Shown: positions 1-12,575 of the stretch, piece by piece
Layout of the letters: each line of letters starts with the position of its first letter
Position numbering within the stretch: the first letter of the stretch is position 1
DNA from: Vicugna vicugna
Taxonomy: Eukaryota
Assembly (NCBI GenBank): GCA_013265495.1
Contig: MU058844.1
Location: forward strand, 11,058,184-11,122,183
Length of the DNA: 64,000 nt
Reading direction: 5' to 3'
Program-made: the position numbers and the translations under genes
The notes under the pieces: generated by a model
Database searches by the model: none
The model's input: only the letters and a program-made list of their open reading frames with translations
Told to the model about the DNA's origin: nothing

Positions 1-418
1 GATGTGCCAGCATAGGTCTAGGAAGTTATTATTTTTTTTAATTTGGCCCTTGTCAACTGTTACGAAACTGTCAACGAACATCTGCCAAGAAATGAAGAAG
101 TGTTTTAATTACATTTCTCAAAGAATGAGGGATGCAACAAGGTTATGTTTCTCATTTTGTAATCACATGCATTGAAAAGTAAATGGTCTAACACTGATGT
201 TCTCTGATTGTCTAAAATTGTAAGTATTTTAATCTATTTTTCTTCATAAACTGTACATATTCCTTTATGCCACATATTCCTACAGTGGTAGAGGTGAGTT
301 CTTTTATCAACAAGCTTTAAAACATTATTTACTACTGTTATAATAAGCAATGCAGGAATCAAAAATAAACACACTATGTGTAATATATATAGTATATATA
401 CCATATAAAATAAAACAC

Positions 419-444
419 GTGTGTGTGTGTGTGTGTGTGTGTGT
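419..444. repeat. (GT)13 microsatellite
   Basis: Perfect GT dinucleotide run read directly. Confidence 0.95.
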
Positions 445-1199
445 ATGCTGCAAGATACTCTAGGTAGAAATAGTTCACAGTACTTGTTTGTAAACGTGCA
501 CCAACATGCGTTGTGTTCCTTCATCTTCACATTTAAAAAAATTCAATGAAAGAGTAATAAAATTTAATAAGGTTACTAACTTTAATATTTTCTTTAAAGA
601 ACACCCCCTTTAAAATTTGGAAAGATTAAAATAAAAAATTCAAACATGTAATATTATCTTGAAATACATGCACATCTAAAAGTAAAATTAGGTTATTGCT
701 ACTAGTATTTGAGTTCCTAAGGAAAGCATCAAGTTTTTCCAAAATTGTAATTTTCTCCATTATATTTAAGATGCACAGAATTAGATCAGTAATAAACCGT
801 GGTTCACTGAACATACTCATCATTGTCAGTACTTAGCATGCTTTTGTTTGGTTATTATAGTTTAATAACTTTAACAAATTTAGTAATATAAAAAGCACCA
901 AACTTACCACTGAAAACCTGAGTCAGCTGACCAAGTTTGACTAGGTTTTAGTTTTTAGCTGTTTTAACATCTTTTTTTTATATTATAACTTTTATTACCT
1001 CTTTTGTTCCTCTTTTGTGTGTATTCTATAGCAATTACACATTTTTTCCTGATGTATGTTGAATTCATTCATTTTGATGCTTTCTACCTTTCTAATCATA
1101 ACCTAAATATTTGAGGCTATTCGACTGCCAAAACGCATGGGTTTTGAGAATTCTACAGGATTTTATAAGTACTGTTTTTATAATGATTCATTTCTAGGA

Positions 1200-1660
1200 T
1201 TATAATTAACTTAACTGAAGTATACTTGTCTTACAGTAAAATTCATCAATTTTAACTGACCTGCCCAGTAAGTTTTTAGACAAATATATGTACTCATATA
1301 ATTACTGCCACAATCACTACATAAAATATTTCTATTATAATTTGCAGTTTGTGCATATTATGAATACAACTTTATGAACTTTCATGTACATGCCTTTGAG
1401 TAGACAGATATTTTCCTTTCTCTTGTATAAGTACCCTTACCTTTATATGAAACTGATGAAGTATACTCTAATGGGGAATTCATAGCACCAATATTTGAGC
1501 TCTCCAGTTATTCTACATTCTTAAAACATTTGGTATTACCTGTTTTTTTTCATTCCAGCCATACTAGTGTATTTACAGTTGTAGCTCATAGTTTAATTTG
1601 CATTTTCCAAATGATTAATGGGGTTGAAAATCTTTTTTATGTGTTTGTTGAAAAGTCATG
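1200..1660 (-). mobile_element. Ancient L1 (L1M-type) 3' ORF2/3'UTR fragment
   Basis: Antisense L1 phrases such as 'gtagctcatagtttaatttgcattttccaaatgattaatg' and 'cattccagccatactagtg'; heavily decayed, boundaries approximate. Confidence 0.65.
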
Positions 1661-1679
1661 TCTTTTGTCTATTTGTATT

Positions 1680-1770
1680 TAAATTTAAATTAACTGAACT
1701 TCAATATAATTTAAAAATTCAATTTTCTAGTCACACTTATCTCATTTCAAGTGCTTAATAGCCACATGTA
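1680..1770. mobile_element. MER3/MER33-like hAT-Charlie DNA transposon fragment
   Basis: 'aaaaattcaattttctagtcacacttatctcatttcaagtgcttaatagccacatgt' matches the MER3/MER33 core as I recall it. Confidence 0.65.
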
Positions 1771-2025
1771 AAAAATGCAAACTCTATACTGGGAGAAAAC
1801 ATTTGAAAACATATCTGATAAAATATTTTAATACAGAATATATGAAGGACTCATAACTGAAAAACAAAAGATAATCAACCTAGTTTAAACAAGGAAATTA
1901 TTGAATGCACACTTTACAAAAGAAGTTTTATTCATACCAATTTCTTCTTTTCATAAGTGACTTAGGTTTCTTTTTCTTTTTCTTTTTTTTGGTTTGGAAG
2001 CACAGATTTTTCTGATAACTTTACT

Positions 2026-2520
2026 TTGCTGTATTTTAAACTTGGCCTTTCCAGATTAATTTTTCTAGGTACAAAGATAAACCCTTTCTATAGAAAGCGC
2101 AGGTCTGCTTTATGTCAGAAGAATTTTAAATATTTAGCTCTGATATATATATTTGGATCGTCCCATTCAATTGTATGTATGTTGGATCACCTTGCCTGCC
2201 TTCTGTATATTTTTCTTATTTTAACCTATTTATTCAGACGGAATTTTGTTCCTTTACTTTTTATATTCATGTTCTCTGTATCTATCACTGTGCAGTCTGT
2301 CATATTTTTCTCCCTTCAGCACTTTTTATGTTAATGTTCATTTCTGAGTTGATTTTCTGTTTTCCTTCAATTAATTTGTTTTCTATTTCTATTCTTGGTT
2401 TTGAATTCCTGATTTACTGTGGTGTACCTTATCTGTAACGATTATTTAGTTACATTTAGTATATACTGACTTTGTGTTCCAGTTTTTGAGTGCTCCGTGG
2501 TTTGGAGTATTTCTTCAGTG
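2026..2520 (-). mobile_element. Ancient L1-ORF1/HAL1-like relic
   Basis: T/C-rich antisense texture ('ttctgagttgattttctgtttttccttcaattaatttg...ttgaattcctgattt') typical of reversed old L1 ORF1/HAL1; no clear protein motif recovered. Confidence 0.35.
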
Positions 2521-4189
2521 GGAAAGTTTTGCCTTTATCTTTTATTCTCATACTTTCTTTTTTAAAATAAATGATAGGTTCCTTTTACTGCTGTTGATAA
2601 ACTTTATAATATTTTTCTGGGCCTGTAATAATGGATTATTCCATGGATAGAGGATAAAAGAGTTTGGGTAATTTCATCTATTAATTCAAGATTCCCTTCA
2701 GAGTGAAGGACAGTTCGTTTAACAAATGGTGTGTTGGGAGAGGTTGATTTTTTTATTTCACATTACTCAGTGAGCTCATCTGCCCTTAGTATATCAGCTG
2801 TTTGTCAGACAAGTGGGAAGGCCATGGCAGCTCCAAAGAGCTGAAGGATAGAGAGCAAATGAATCCTGGGGTGAACATCCAGAGTCATCAGACTACCATG
2901 GGCAATACTCACTTTACTACTTAGAATCAGAAAAGGCTTTACACTTACCCTCTTCCCCCAACAAGACAGCACTGGGAGGAGACCCTCTTTAGATTATAAT
3001 TTATCAGTCGAGTAAGTTTAGAAAGGGAGGGGTGGGGAAAAACACTGCCTAAATTTAGTTATTTTTCTCTATTTTATCAGGTTCTTAAATTCAGAGGGCT
3101 TCACATTTTACTCCTGACAAACCTCTGAAGAGTACACTAAATCACTGCCCAAAGTCATTGGAAGAGAGAAGAAACAATATAAACCGAGCAGTTCTTTTTT
3201 CTGTTTTATCTTTCAACAGCATACCAGTGTCCCAAGCCAAAAATTTTATTTTCTGCCTTGCCCCCTCCATCCTCTGACACGAAATGCACACGTCAGTTCA
3301 AAACAGAACCCTAGAAGCTTTACATTATTTTATCCATTTATGGGTATCTTCTATTTATTACCTGACATTGATCTTGTAGGCAGGAATCAGTATGACCACT
3401 AAAATAGTGCTCTAACAAAGTGAAAACACTCAGTCCCTCTAACATTTATGAAGGATTCTTGCAACTAGCATAATTCTGAATTTTTTATGGTAATAATTTA
3501 TTAGGATTTCTTTTAATAAGAAATTCACAGTAGAGATGATCCTTATTAATTCTAGAAGTTTCATCTTTCTGATGATTTTAGAATTAAAAAGATATTTTCT
3601 TTTACCAACATATTGGCCTTGGTATGGAATCTTGGCAAATAAGTTTTAAATTTTATTTTCCTTTATTAGAGAAAATTATGACTTGAATTTTTAAAAGTAT
3701 AAGAAGAGGTAAGAAAAAACAATGCGTTTTGAAGACTTTAAAGTTTATATATATATACATATACACACACACGTATATTTCACATATAGACATATGTACA
3801 TTTTTTACTGTGGCACTAAATGAACTGCAATACAACTGCTACATTTTTTATATAAAATTATGTTTATAAGAGATTTAAAATTTGGATAAAAAATTTCAAT
3901 AGCCGTATATGAAACCTAAAGACACATAACCAGGTAATTATTCAATCTCATGGCTTCTTAAGATAAAAGGAGTTTTTTCATCCTTGGTTTGTTTTGGATG
4001 CTATTTAAAGGACCTAAACCCTTTGTTTTGGAAATCAAACACTTAGAAATGGAATTATAATAAAAGATGGCAGTAATTTAATATATGTACATATACATCA
4101 TTTTCTTCTTACAGCTATGAATACTGAATGAGAAAATATTATTACAGAGGTAATAAATTAGGAGACAGCAATCTGCCAATGAGCCATGA

Positions 4190-4735
4190 AATGGACTAGA
4201 AAATTTACCTAAGCATTCAGAATCTCCATGTGCATAGCACAGATACAACCATCCCTAAACTTCCTGAGTAGAATTCTTGGAAAGAAGATTTCATTCAAAG
4301 AATAGTGAGCATCCTCTTAGAAGGCTCCTCAAGGTCAGTTTAAGTGAAATTTTGTATGAGTAAATCAGGTTGGGTTGAAGCTTTTCAATAAAGTGAAGAT
4401 TCTTTTTCATACCATCTATCCTGAAATAGAGAGCCTTGATAAATTAAAAGACTGGAGCAAGTACAGAGCTTTTATAGACCCTAGTGTAATGTCGGCTACC
4501 TGGAGGAGAGCCATACATCTCTATTTAATAATCCATTCTCTAAGGGCCTTGGGATTTCAGCTAAATTTAAATAAATCAGCCTTGATTTTTCAGACAGAAT
4601 TAGAGAACCTCTGATTTATGGGCTACTCAAACTTGTACCCGTAATAGTGTAATGACAAAGTAGGAGACAATTTTAGATAAATGTCAGCTAAGATTACAGT
4701 TAAAACTCATGATCAATTGGGTCTTGTCTGTGAGA
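4190..4735 (+). mobile_element. Candidate fossil reverse-transcriptase fragment of a DIRS-like (tyrosine-recombinase) retrotransposon
   Basis: Motifs in order, mostly in one frame: AFRI...IQPSL (4213-4257), FH...HPLRRLL (4289-4330, shifted frame), QFK....*...KLFNKV (4336-4395), FIDP, LRALGFQLNLNKSAL...ELENL*FMGYS (4540-4629), DKV, ITVK....LGLV (4693-4728). These parallel DIRS RT blocks FRM..I.PSL / YFH..HP.HRRFL / YQFK.LPFG...RVFTKV / YLDD / LGF.IN.EKS.L....LEFLG...DS / VTVR...LLGLM. Multiple stops and frameshifts. Confidence 0.5.
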
Positions 4736-6685
4736 TATGCTCTTTGTAGCTTTGTTTTATCAATGTATCAAATGACACTTATATTTTACAGAAACTTTCA
4801 AAATTTATTATTTTCACAAAGGTAAGAAATAAATATAAATTGAAAAAAGTCTGTGCACTGATTTAAAAGCCTATACTTAAGTTTAAAAGGTAAAATCAAA
4901 ATATTATTCTATCTTGTACTCTATCAACCCCGATACAAAAAGTTTCTGCTTTGGCTACAAAACTGAAAATCAGTAAGTCTTTCAGAGACAAAATTTTGTG
5001 GACATGGCTTTCATATCAAAGGTGACTGGCTAGACTTTTTTTCACCACAGTTTCTTCTACTAAGTATATACTATTTTAAATTGGGAATATAATTAAGAGA
5101 AGACAATAATTTTTCCACAAGTTGTAATAGTAAAGAAGGAACTTTGCTGTACTTTCCATTTTTGGTAGAATAATAAAAGGTACATTATTGCCTCCGGGCA
5201 TAAGATCAGATCAGGTATAAGAGAAGTAAAGCAGTGACATTCAGAAATTTAAACTAAATTCTGTTAGTTTCAAAAATAAATCTATTATACAAAATATATT
5301 TTAAAATATGATTAAAATGCATATAAGATTAATACATATTGACTGTGGAAATTTTTGGAAATAAAGAAATATATAAGGAAGAAAAGCAGTATCATGTGTA
5401 ATCTCACTTTCCAGATCCCAACACCCTCAGCATATAGAATATCATTTTGGTGTATTAACCACCAGCATTTTCCTATGTATATGTATATATTTCTGTGTAA
5501 AATTGGTATTATATTTATGATCACATAAATTTTATATCCTGCTTTTGGATTTTTTATATTTTAAAAATACTTTCTCTTATTAAATATTCTTCCATAGAAT
5601 TTTTAATATCCATAGTCTGCAATGTATCAGTGGCATTATTTAAATCTTTGTTCATTATAATAAACATGATTCTCCTGCACTAGACAGAATATAGTGAGCA
5701 ACATGTGAATACCAGTTGACAAAGACATGGCTTTTGCTGATTTAGACATCTGAACAAATAATATGAGAGAATAAAGAAGAAAAGTGATATGAAAACAAGA
5801 ACTAGAAATCAGTGATGGCTACAAAGAAATAATTCAAAAGTCTCAAATTAAAGGGATTAATGTAACCATGCTGCATTATTTTACTGAATTTAGTTTAAGT
5901 TGAGTTTTTTAATGTTCTTTTAATGTCTCAAAATAAATAACTTACTAAATTTAAGCCATATATATAGAGTTTCAGTATTTCAATTTATTAGTATTTGAAT
6001 TCAAATAATAAATCTTCCATATGGTTATGCAAGTTGTATTGCATTCCAGATGTGACATGCAAATTAACATTACTTCCACATCATGCTATTTAATTAGACA
6101 AGAACAGAAAAAAAATCCGTTATGCTCCATGTTTTAGCTCTCATTGAAAGGTGAAAATTTTAAGAAAAAAAAATTAATTCTTTTAATCAACAAATTTCTT
6201 CCAATTAAAAGTGCCTTATCAGTTAAATAGTATAAAGGGACAGAAAAAGTACTTGATTTAAAGCATGAGAATTCACTCCTAAAAGCAGTATTTAATCAGC
6301 TATATGTGATAGAAAAGAAATTAATCCAGTACAGATGACAGAAGGAGGAAAGAGTAAAATCTGTTCATCAATTTTACTGGAAAATTCATTGTTATGTTCA
6401 TTCTTAATTTTTAGTTTTGGGAGGCTCTCAATACATTGCATCAAAAAAATAAAAGAGTAATTATAAAGTGTTAAAAGTATTATATATATAGCAGATGAAG
6501 AAAATAGATCTATCATTTCTGTTAATCATTGAAGCACTTTTTCCTTTACTTTTCTTACCAATATTATTATATCTTGTACTCTTAACCTTAAAAAGTTCTA
6601 TACATCTACTTTGATTTTTGTAAGATAAGTATAAGTATAAAAACTAATGTTTAAATTTAAATATGTAGTTTAAAGGATACATAAT

Positions 6686-9600
6686 TTCACTTATACAAAT
6701 GCATAGATCATTCAGACATAAAACAACAAGGAAACCTTGGCTTTAAGCATCACATTAGACCAGATAGACTTAACAGATATATATATAAAACATTCCATTC
6801 CAAAACAGCAGAATACATTATTTTCAGCTGCACATGAAACATTCTGTAGGATAGATCACATGCTAGGCCACAAAATAACCTTAATAATTTTAAGAAGGTT
6901 GAAATTGCATCAAGCATTTTCCTGACTAAGCAAAATGTAACTGAACAACCACGGGTCAAGAAGGAAATTGGAAGAGGAATCAAAAAATACTTTGAGAAAA
7001 AAGAAAATGAAAATATAACACACCAAATGTATGGGATGCAGCAAATGTAGTTGTAAGAGGAAAGTTCACAGAAATACATGTTTACCTCAGGGAACAAGAA
7101 CAATCTCAAGTAAAAAAACCTAGCTTTACACCTCAAGGAATGAGAAGAGAAGAGTAAATAAAGCCCAAAATTAGAATAAAGGGAAAAAAAAAGATTGGCG
7201 CTGAAATAAATAGAGACTAAAAAGACAGCAGAAAATATCAATGAAACTAAGAGCTGGGTGCTTTGAAAAAATAAACACAATTGACAAACAATTAACTAGA
7301 TTCACCAAGATAAAGAGAGAGGGCTAAATAAAATTAGAAGTGAAAGATGAGACATTACAGTTGATGCCACATAAATACAAAGGATCATAAGAGACTATTA
7401 TGAACATTTATGTGCCAAAATTGAGCTATGTAGAAGAAATGGATACACTCCTAGAAATCTATAGCCTTCCAACAGAATCAAAATCAGAAAATAGAAACAA
7501 ACTGACTGATAGTAAATAGAATCAAACAGTAATCAAATACCCCCCACTACACACACACACACACACACAGAGTCAAGGACCAGACACCTTCCCTCATGAA
7601 TTCTATTAAACATCCAGAGAATAATTGATATGAATCCTTCTCAAACTCTTCCAAAAATAGAAGGAAACACGTACAAAAGCATATTACAAGGCAAGCATTA
7701 CTCTGACACCAAAACCAGACAAAGATGTCACAAGAGAAAATAATTACCAATCAATATCTCTGATGAATATAGATGCAAAAATCCTCCACAAAATATTAGC
7801 AAACTGAATTCAAGAATACATTAAAAGGCTCCTACACCATAATCAAGTGGGATTTATTTTAGGGATGCAAATACATAGTTCAATGTTTGCAAATCTGTCA
7901 GTGTGATACACCACATTAACAAAATGAAAAATAAAAATCATATGATCATTTCAATAAATGCAGAAAAAGCACTTGATAAAATTCAATATTCATTTATGAT
8001 AAACATTCTCACAATATGAGTATAGAGGAAACATACCTCAGCATAATATAGGTGATATATGACAAACCCACAACTATTCATCCTCAATGCTAAAAAGCTG
8101 AAAGTTTTTCCCCTAAGTTCAGGACCAAGAGAAAAATGTCCATTCTTGCCACTTTGATTCACAGAATATTGGAAGTCCCAGCTAGAGCAATTATGCAAAA
8201 AAAAGTAATAAAAGGCATCCAAATCAGAAAGAAAGAAGTAAATCTGACACTATTTGCAGATGATATATTATACACAGAAAACCCTAAGGACTCCACCAAA
8301 AAACTGGTAGAACCAATCAATGAATTCAGTAAAGCTGCAGGATATCAAATCAATATACAGAAAGCTGTTGTGTTTCTATACATGCACACCAAACTACAAA
8401 AAGAGATTAAGAATATAATCCCATTTCCAATTGCATCAAAAAGAATAAAATACCTGGGAATAATTTAATCAAGGAGGTAAAAGATCTGTACACTAGACAC
8501 TGTAAGACATTGCTAAAAGAAATTCAAGAAAATACAAATAAATGGAAAGATATTCCGTTCTCATGAGTTGGAAGAATTATTGTTAAAATGTCCATATGAT
8601 GCACACAGTCTACAGATGCAACTCAATCCCTATCAAAATTCTAGTGACATTCTTCACAGAAATAGAGCAAATTATCATAAAATGTGTATCAAACCATAAA
8701 AGATCCTGAGTGGCCAAAGCAATCTTAAGAAAAACAAAGCTGGAACCTTCATGCACCCTAATTTCAAATTATAATACAAAGCTGTATTAATCAAAACAGT
8801 ATGGTATTGGCATAAACACAAACAGGTAGATCAATGGAACAGGATAGACAGGCCAGAAATAAACCCACAAATATATGGTCAATTAATTTATGAAAAAGCA
8901 CTACGAAAATACACTAGGAGAAAGACAGTCTCTTCAATAATTGGTATTAAAAAAACTGGACAGACACATGCAAAAGAATGAAACTGGAACACTGTCTTAC
9001 ACCATACACAAAAATTAACTCAAAATGTGATGTAAGACCTGAAAATGTAAAACTCCTAGAAGAAAACATTCGTGGTAACCTCCTTGACATCAGTCTTAAT
9101 GATTTTTTTTGACATCAAAAACAAAAGCAATGAAAGCAAAAATAAAATGGGGCTATATTCAATTTAAAAGTTTCTGTCTAGTAAAAGCTACATCAATAAT
9201 ATCAAAAGGCAATCTTCTTAATGGGAGAAAATATTTGCAAATCTTGTATCTGATAAGGGGTTAATATCCAAAATAGATGAAGATCTCATACAACTCAAAA
9301 GCAAAATATACAATCCAATTAGAAAATGGGCAGAGGATCTGTATAGACATTTTTCCAAGAAAGACATGCAGATGGCCAATAGACACGTAAGATGCTCAAC
9401 ATCACTAATCATCAGAGAAATGCCAATCAAAACTGCAATGAGCTATCACCCTACACTTACCAGAATGACAATTACCAGAAAGACTAGAAATAACAGGTGC
9501 TGGTGAGGATGTGGAGGAAAGGGAACCCTTGTGCACTGATAATGAGAATACAAATTGATGCAGCCATTACGGAAAACAGTATGGAGGGTCCTAAAAGAAT

Positions 9601-10301
9601 TAAAACCAGAACTACCATATGATCTAGCAATTCCACTTTTGGGTACTGATTTCAAGAAAATAAAAATTAACTCAAAAAGATCTGTGTATCCTCATTCATT
9701 GCAGCATTATTTACAATAGACAAGATGCAAAAACAACCTAAGTGTTCCATGATGTGAGATTTTATACACACACACACACACACACACGTGTATAGTTGAG
9801 CCACAAAAACAATGATATCCTGGCATTATCACTTGCAACAACATGGGTGGACTATTATGCTAGGTGAAGTAAGTCAGGATGAGAAAGACAAATATCATCT
9901 GATTTCACTTATATATGGAATCAAAAAAACCAACCAACCAACCAAACAAAAACAACCATGTTCACAGATTGGTAGTTGCCAGAGCAGAGCTGGGGTTGAG
10001 GGATGGGGGAGATGAATGAAGGTGAACAAAAGGTATAAATTTCCAGTAATAAAGTAAGTCAAGAGCATATAATATATAGTATGGTGACAATAGTTAATAA
10101 TATTCTATTTTATATGTCAAAGTCACTATGAGAGTAGTTTATAGAAGTACTTATCACAAGAAAAAACGTGTAATTTTGTATAATGACAGAAGTTAACTAG
10201 ACCTATTTTAATGACCATTTTGGAATAGATATCCATATTAAATAATGTATGTTATATACCCAAAACTAACATAATATATCAATTCTTTTTCAATTACAAA
10301 T
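6686..10301 (+). mobile_element. Older 5'-truncated LINE-1 (L1MA-like), ORF2 from the EN domain through the 3'UTR, inactivated
   Basis: Continuous ORF2 homology: RIDHMLGHK (EN), FADD in ORF 8136-8468, C-terminal region and 3'UTR to about 10300; many stops and frameshifts. Degenerate 13-bp TSD aaggatacataat (6673-6685) vs aaggataaacaat (10302-10314), left copy preceded by TTTA. (CA)n expansions at about 7549-7569 and 9766-9787. Confidence 0.95.
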
Positions 10302-10419
10302 AAGGATAAACAATGCGGTATCATAAACAGTGCTTACATACTGGGTGTCTGGGACTTTGCTAGGCATGATAAGAGAATTCAGGCAATACTTCTAATTTCT
10401 TTTTTAAAAAATACCTTAT

Positions 10420-10550
10420 AAACTTACCAGCTTTCACCAAATGAAAAAACAAAGCTCAGAGGAGTTAAACATTTGCCCCAAATAAAACAGCTGGAAAGTC
10501 AATCCTAGAGTATGAACTATGATCTGAATTCAACTCCAAGGCTATTATTA
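10420..10550 (-). mobile_element. MIR fragment
   Basis: 'aaatgaaaaaacaaagctcagaggagttaaacatttgcccca...gatctgaattcaactccaag' resembles the MIR core in antisense. Confidence 0.6.
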
Positions 10551-12329
10551 TTGAGTTCACCATTCAAGGCCCTGGAATCCAACTGGAGAAATAGAAATTA
10601 TGAAGGTGTGAGAGAAGTACAGCCTCTGAGTGGGAGATTTTAAGCATGATGGGCTGTTTCTTTCATTGTATCCTCTTTCTACTAGAAGAAGAGCATTTTC
10701 AGTTAACTTATAACCAAGAATGAAATCCAACTTATTAACATGCATTTTAAATAAACTTATTTACTGTAATTATATAAACTGCACATAGTTTGTCATGTAA
10801 TCTACCTGTGATTAAATACATATAGAGGTCCAGGATAAAAATCTTTGTATCTGAGTTACTTTGTCCATACATGCATTTTGTCCTTATAACACCCTCAACT
10901 ATATTTTGCTTTGAGCAATGAAGATTGGTGATGGGCAAAATATAATTCTTTTCACGTATTTAGTATTGTAGGTACTTTGTAATTCCTATCAGTTGTGAAA
11001 CTGTATACAAATGTGAGTGTGGAATTACATCTTTTCTAATGCATAGATATCCATGGATAACCTGGATACACAAGGCATCCATAACATATGGATAATCTGC
11101 ATATGCAAAACATAAGCTAGTGACCCTGGCAGCATCATCATGCTCAATCAGTGAAAATTAATCATCATTAACTATAACCTTCTGGGCCAATTAATTTGAA
11201 ATATATCATTTTGAGCAGTTTAGAAAGGATTTTTTTAAATCATTATTATAAAGTCTTTCCATGTGACAAAATAAGAGTTCAAGTTACATTCAAAGGATAA
11301 TGTAGTCATATGTTGAGTAAAGAAATGTTTTTATATCTTTAGTGGTTTATTTATTGCAGAGCATTTGGAGCGTACGTTAACTGAAAATTCATTTTATAGC
11401 AGTCAACTTTTTTAAAGTACAATCGATAACTTATACTTGAAAACATTCATCATATATGAAAAACAAATTAGCCCCAGAGCTCCCCAGCCAGCACTTCATC
11501 TGCTCAGTGGAGAGCCTGCTGGCATCAGCTCCTGTGGATGGTTTGCAGAAGACCATCCTCCTAAATCCTTAGCAATCCCTGGATAACCTCCAGCATCAGC
11601 CTTAATTTAAGCATGAAGGCGAATTAATGCAGAGGTTCCCTCCGATTCCTGAACTCTGAGCTGTCTAACCACTGCTTTGGCTCTGCCCTGGGTAATCAGT
11701 CCATCAGAACTGTGACTCATTCCTGGGTGAATGGAGTCTGGTATGGACCTGGGTAGATGAGGGCATAATTATACTCATTTTCACAGCAGGAACAACTAGT
11801 ATATTTAGAATTCTCTGTACTGTCTGAGATCCTATTTGATCTACTGACCTTAAGATGAAAATTCTCCAGATGAATTGCTGAGTCATGTAATATCTAGTCT
11901 CTCTTTTTCTTTCCATCTCTTTCTGTTCTTTATTGGTGGAGGGCTAAGACCTCATCTTAAACATCTGTAACATCTTAATTTTCAGTTCACGGGAATAAGA
12001 TTACTTCCTTGATTTTCTGTACATCTTACATGGCCTCAGTTTCTTTTTGAATATGAACTGATTAATATTCCTGATTTTAGGTCAATACCACTGTTGACCG
12101 TAGAGACCACCTAGTGCAAGTCATAACTGTCAGTTAAATTTGTTCCTTCAAGGTTTACTATTGGTATCCGGACAACCCTGACAATATGGGCACAGGTTAT
12201 TAGGAGGCATATGTTAATTTCCAAGATACTACAATGTTATTATATACTGAGTCTGCAACCAGTTTAATGTTCTCTACTAAAACTGCAATTTAACCTACTG
12301 TAATTTAGACTTCATTTTGAATCTGCAGT

Positions 12330-12575
12330 AAGAATAGCAGCATCTCAGATGTACCAGGCACTGTCCCAAATAATTTGTTTGTATTATTTAAACCCCCACA
12401 AAAATTCCTATGAGATAATTTTTTGTCATCTTGATTTAATAAATCTGATAAACAAGACTTTGTGATTTTATGGGATTTGTCCAAGCCCTAAAAGCAAGTA
12501 AATGGTAGACCACAAAGTTAATCCAGGTGGGTCTGAATCCATAGCCCATGATCTTAATTAACAGTATATACTACT
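12330..12575 (-). mobile_element. MIR SINE
   Basis: 'tgtaccaggcactgtcc...cctatgagata...aatccaggtgggtctgaatccatagcccatgatcttaa'. Confidence 0.65.

Noticed and set aside
4930..5060. Faint resemblance to a tyrosine-recombinase C-terminus (KVSALA...TWLS, KGDW) downstream of the DIRS-like RT
   Set aside because: No HSTR/HSFR-type catalytic motif, and it is too close to the RT for an intact DIRS layout; not distinguishable from chance.
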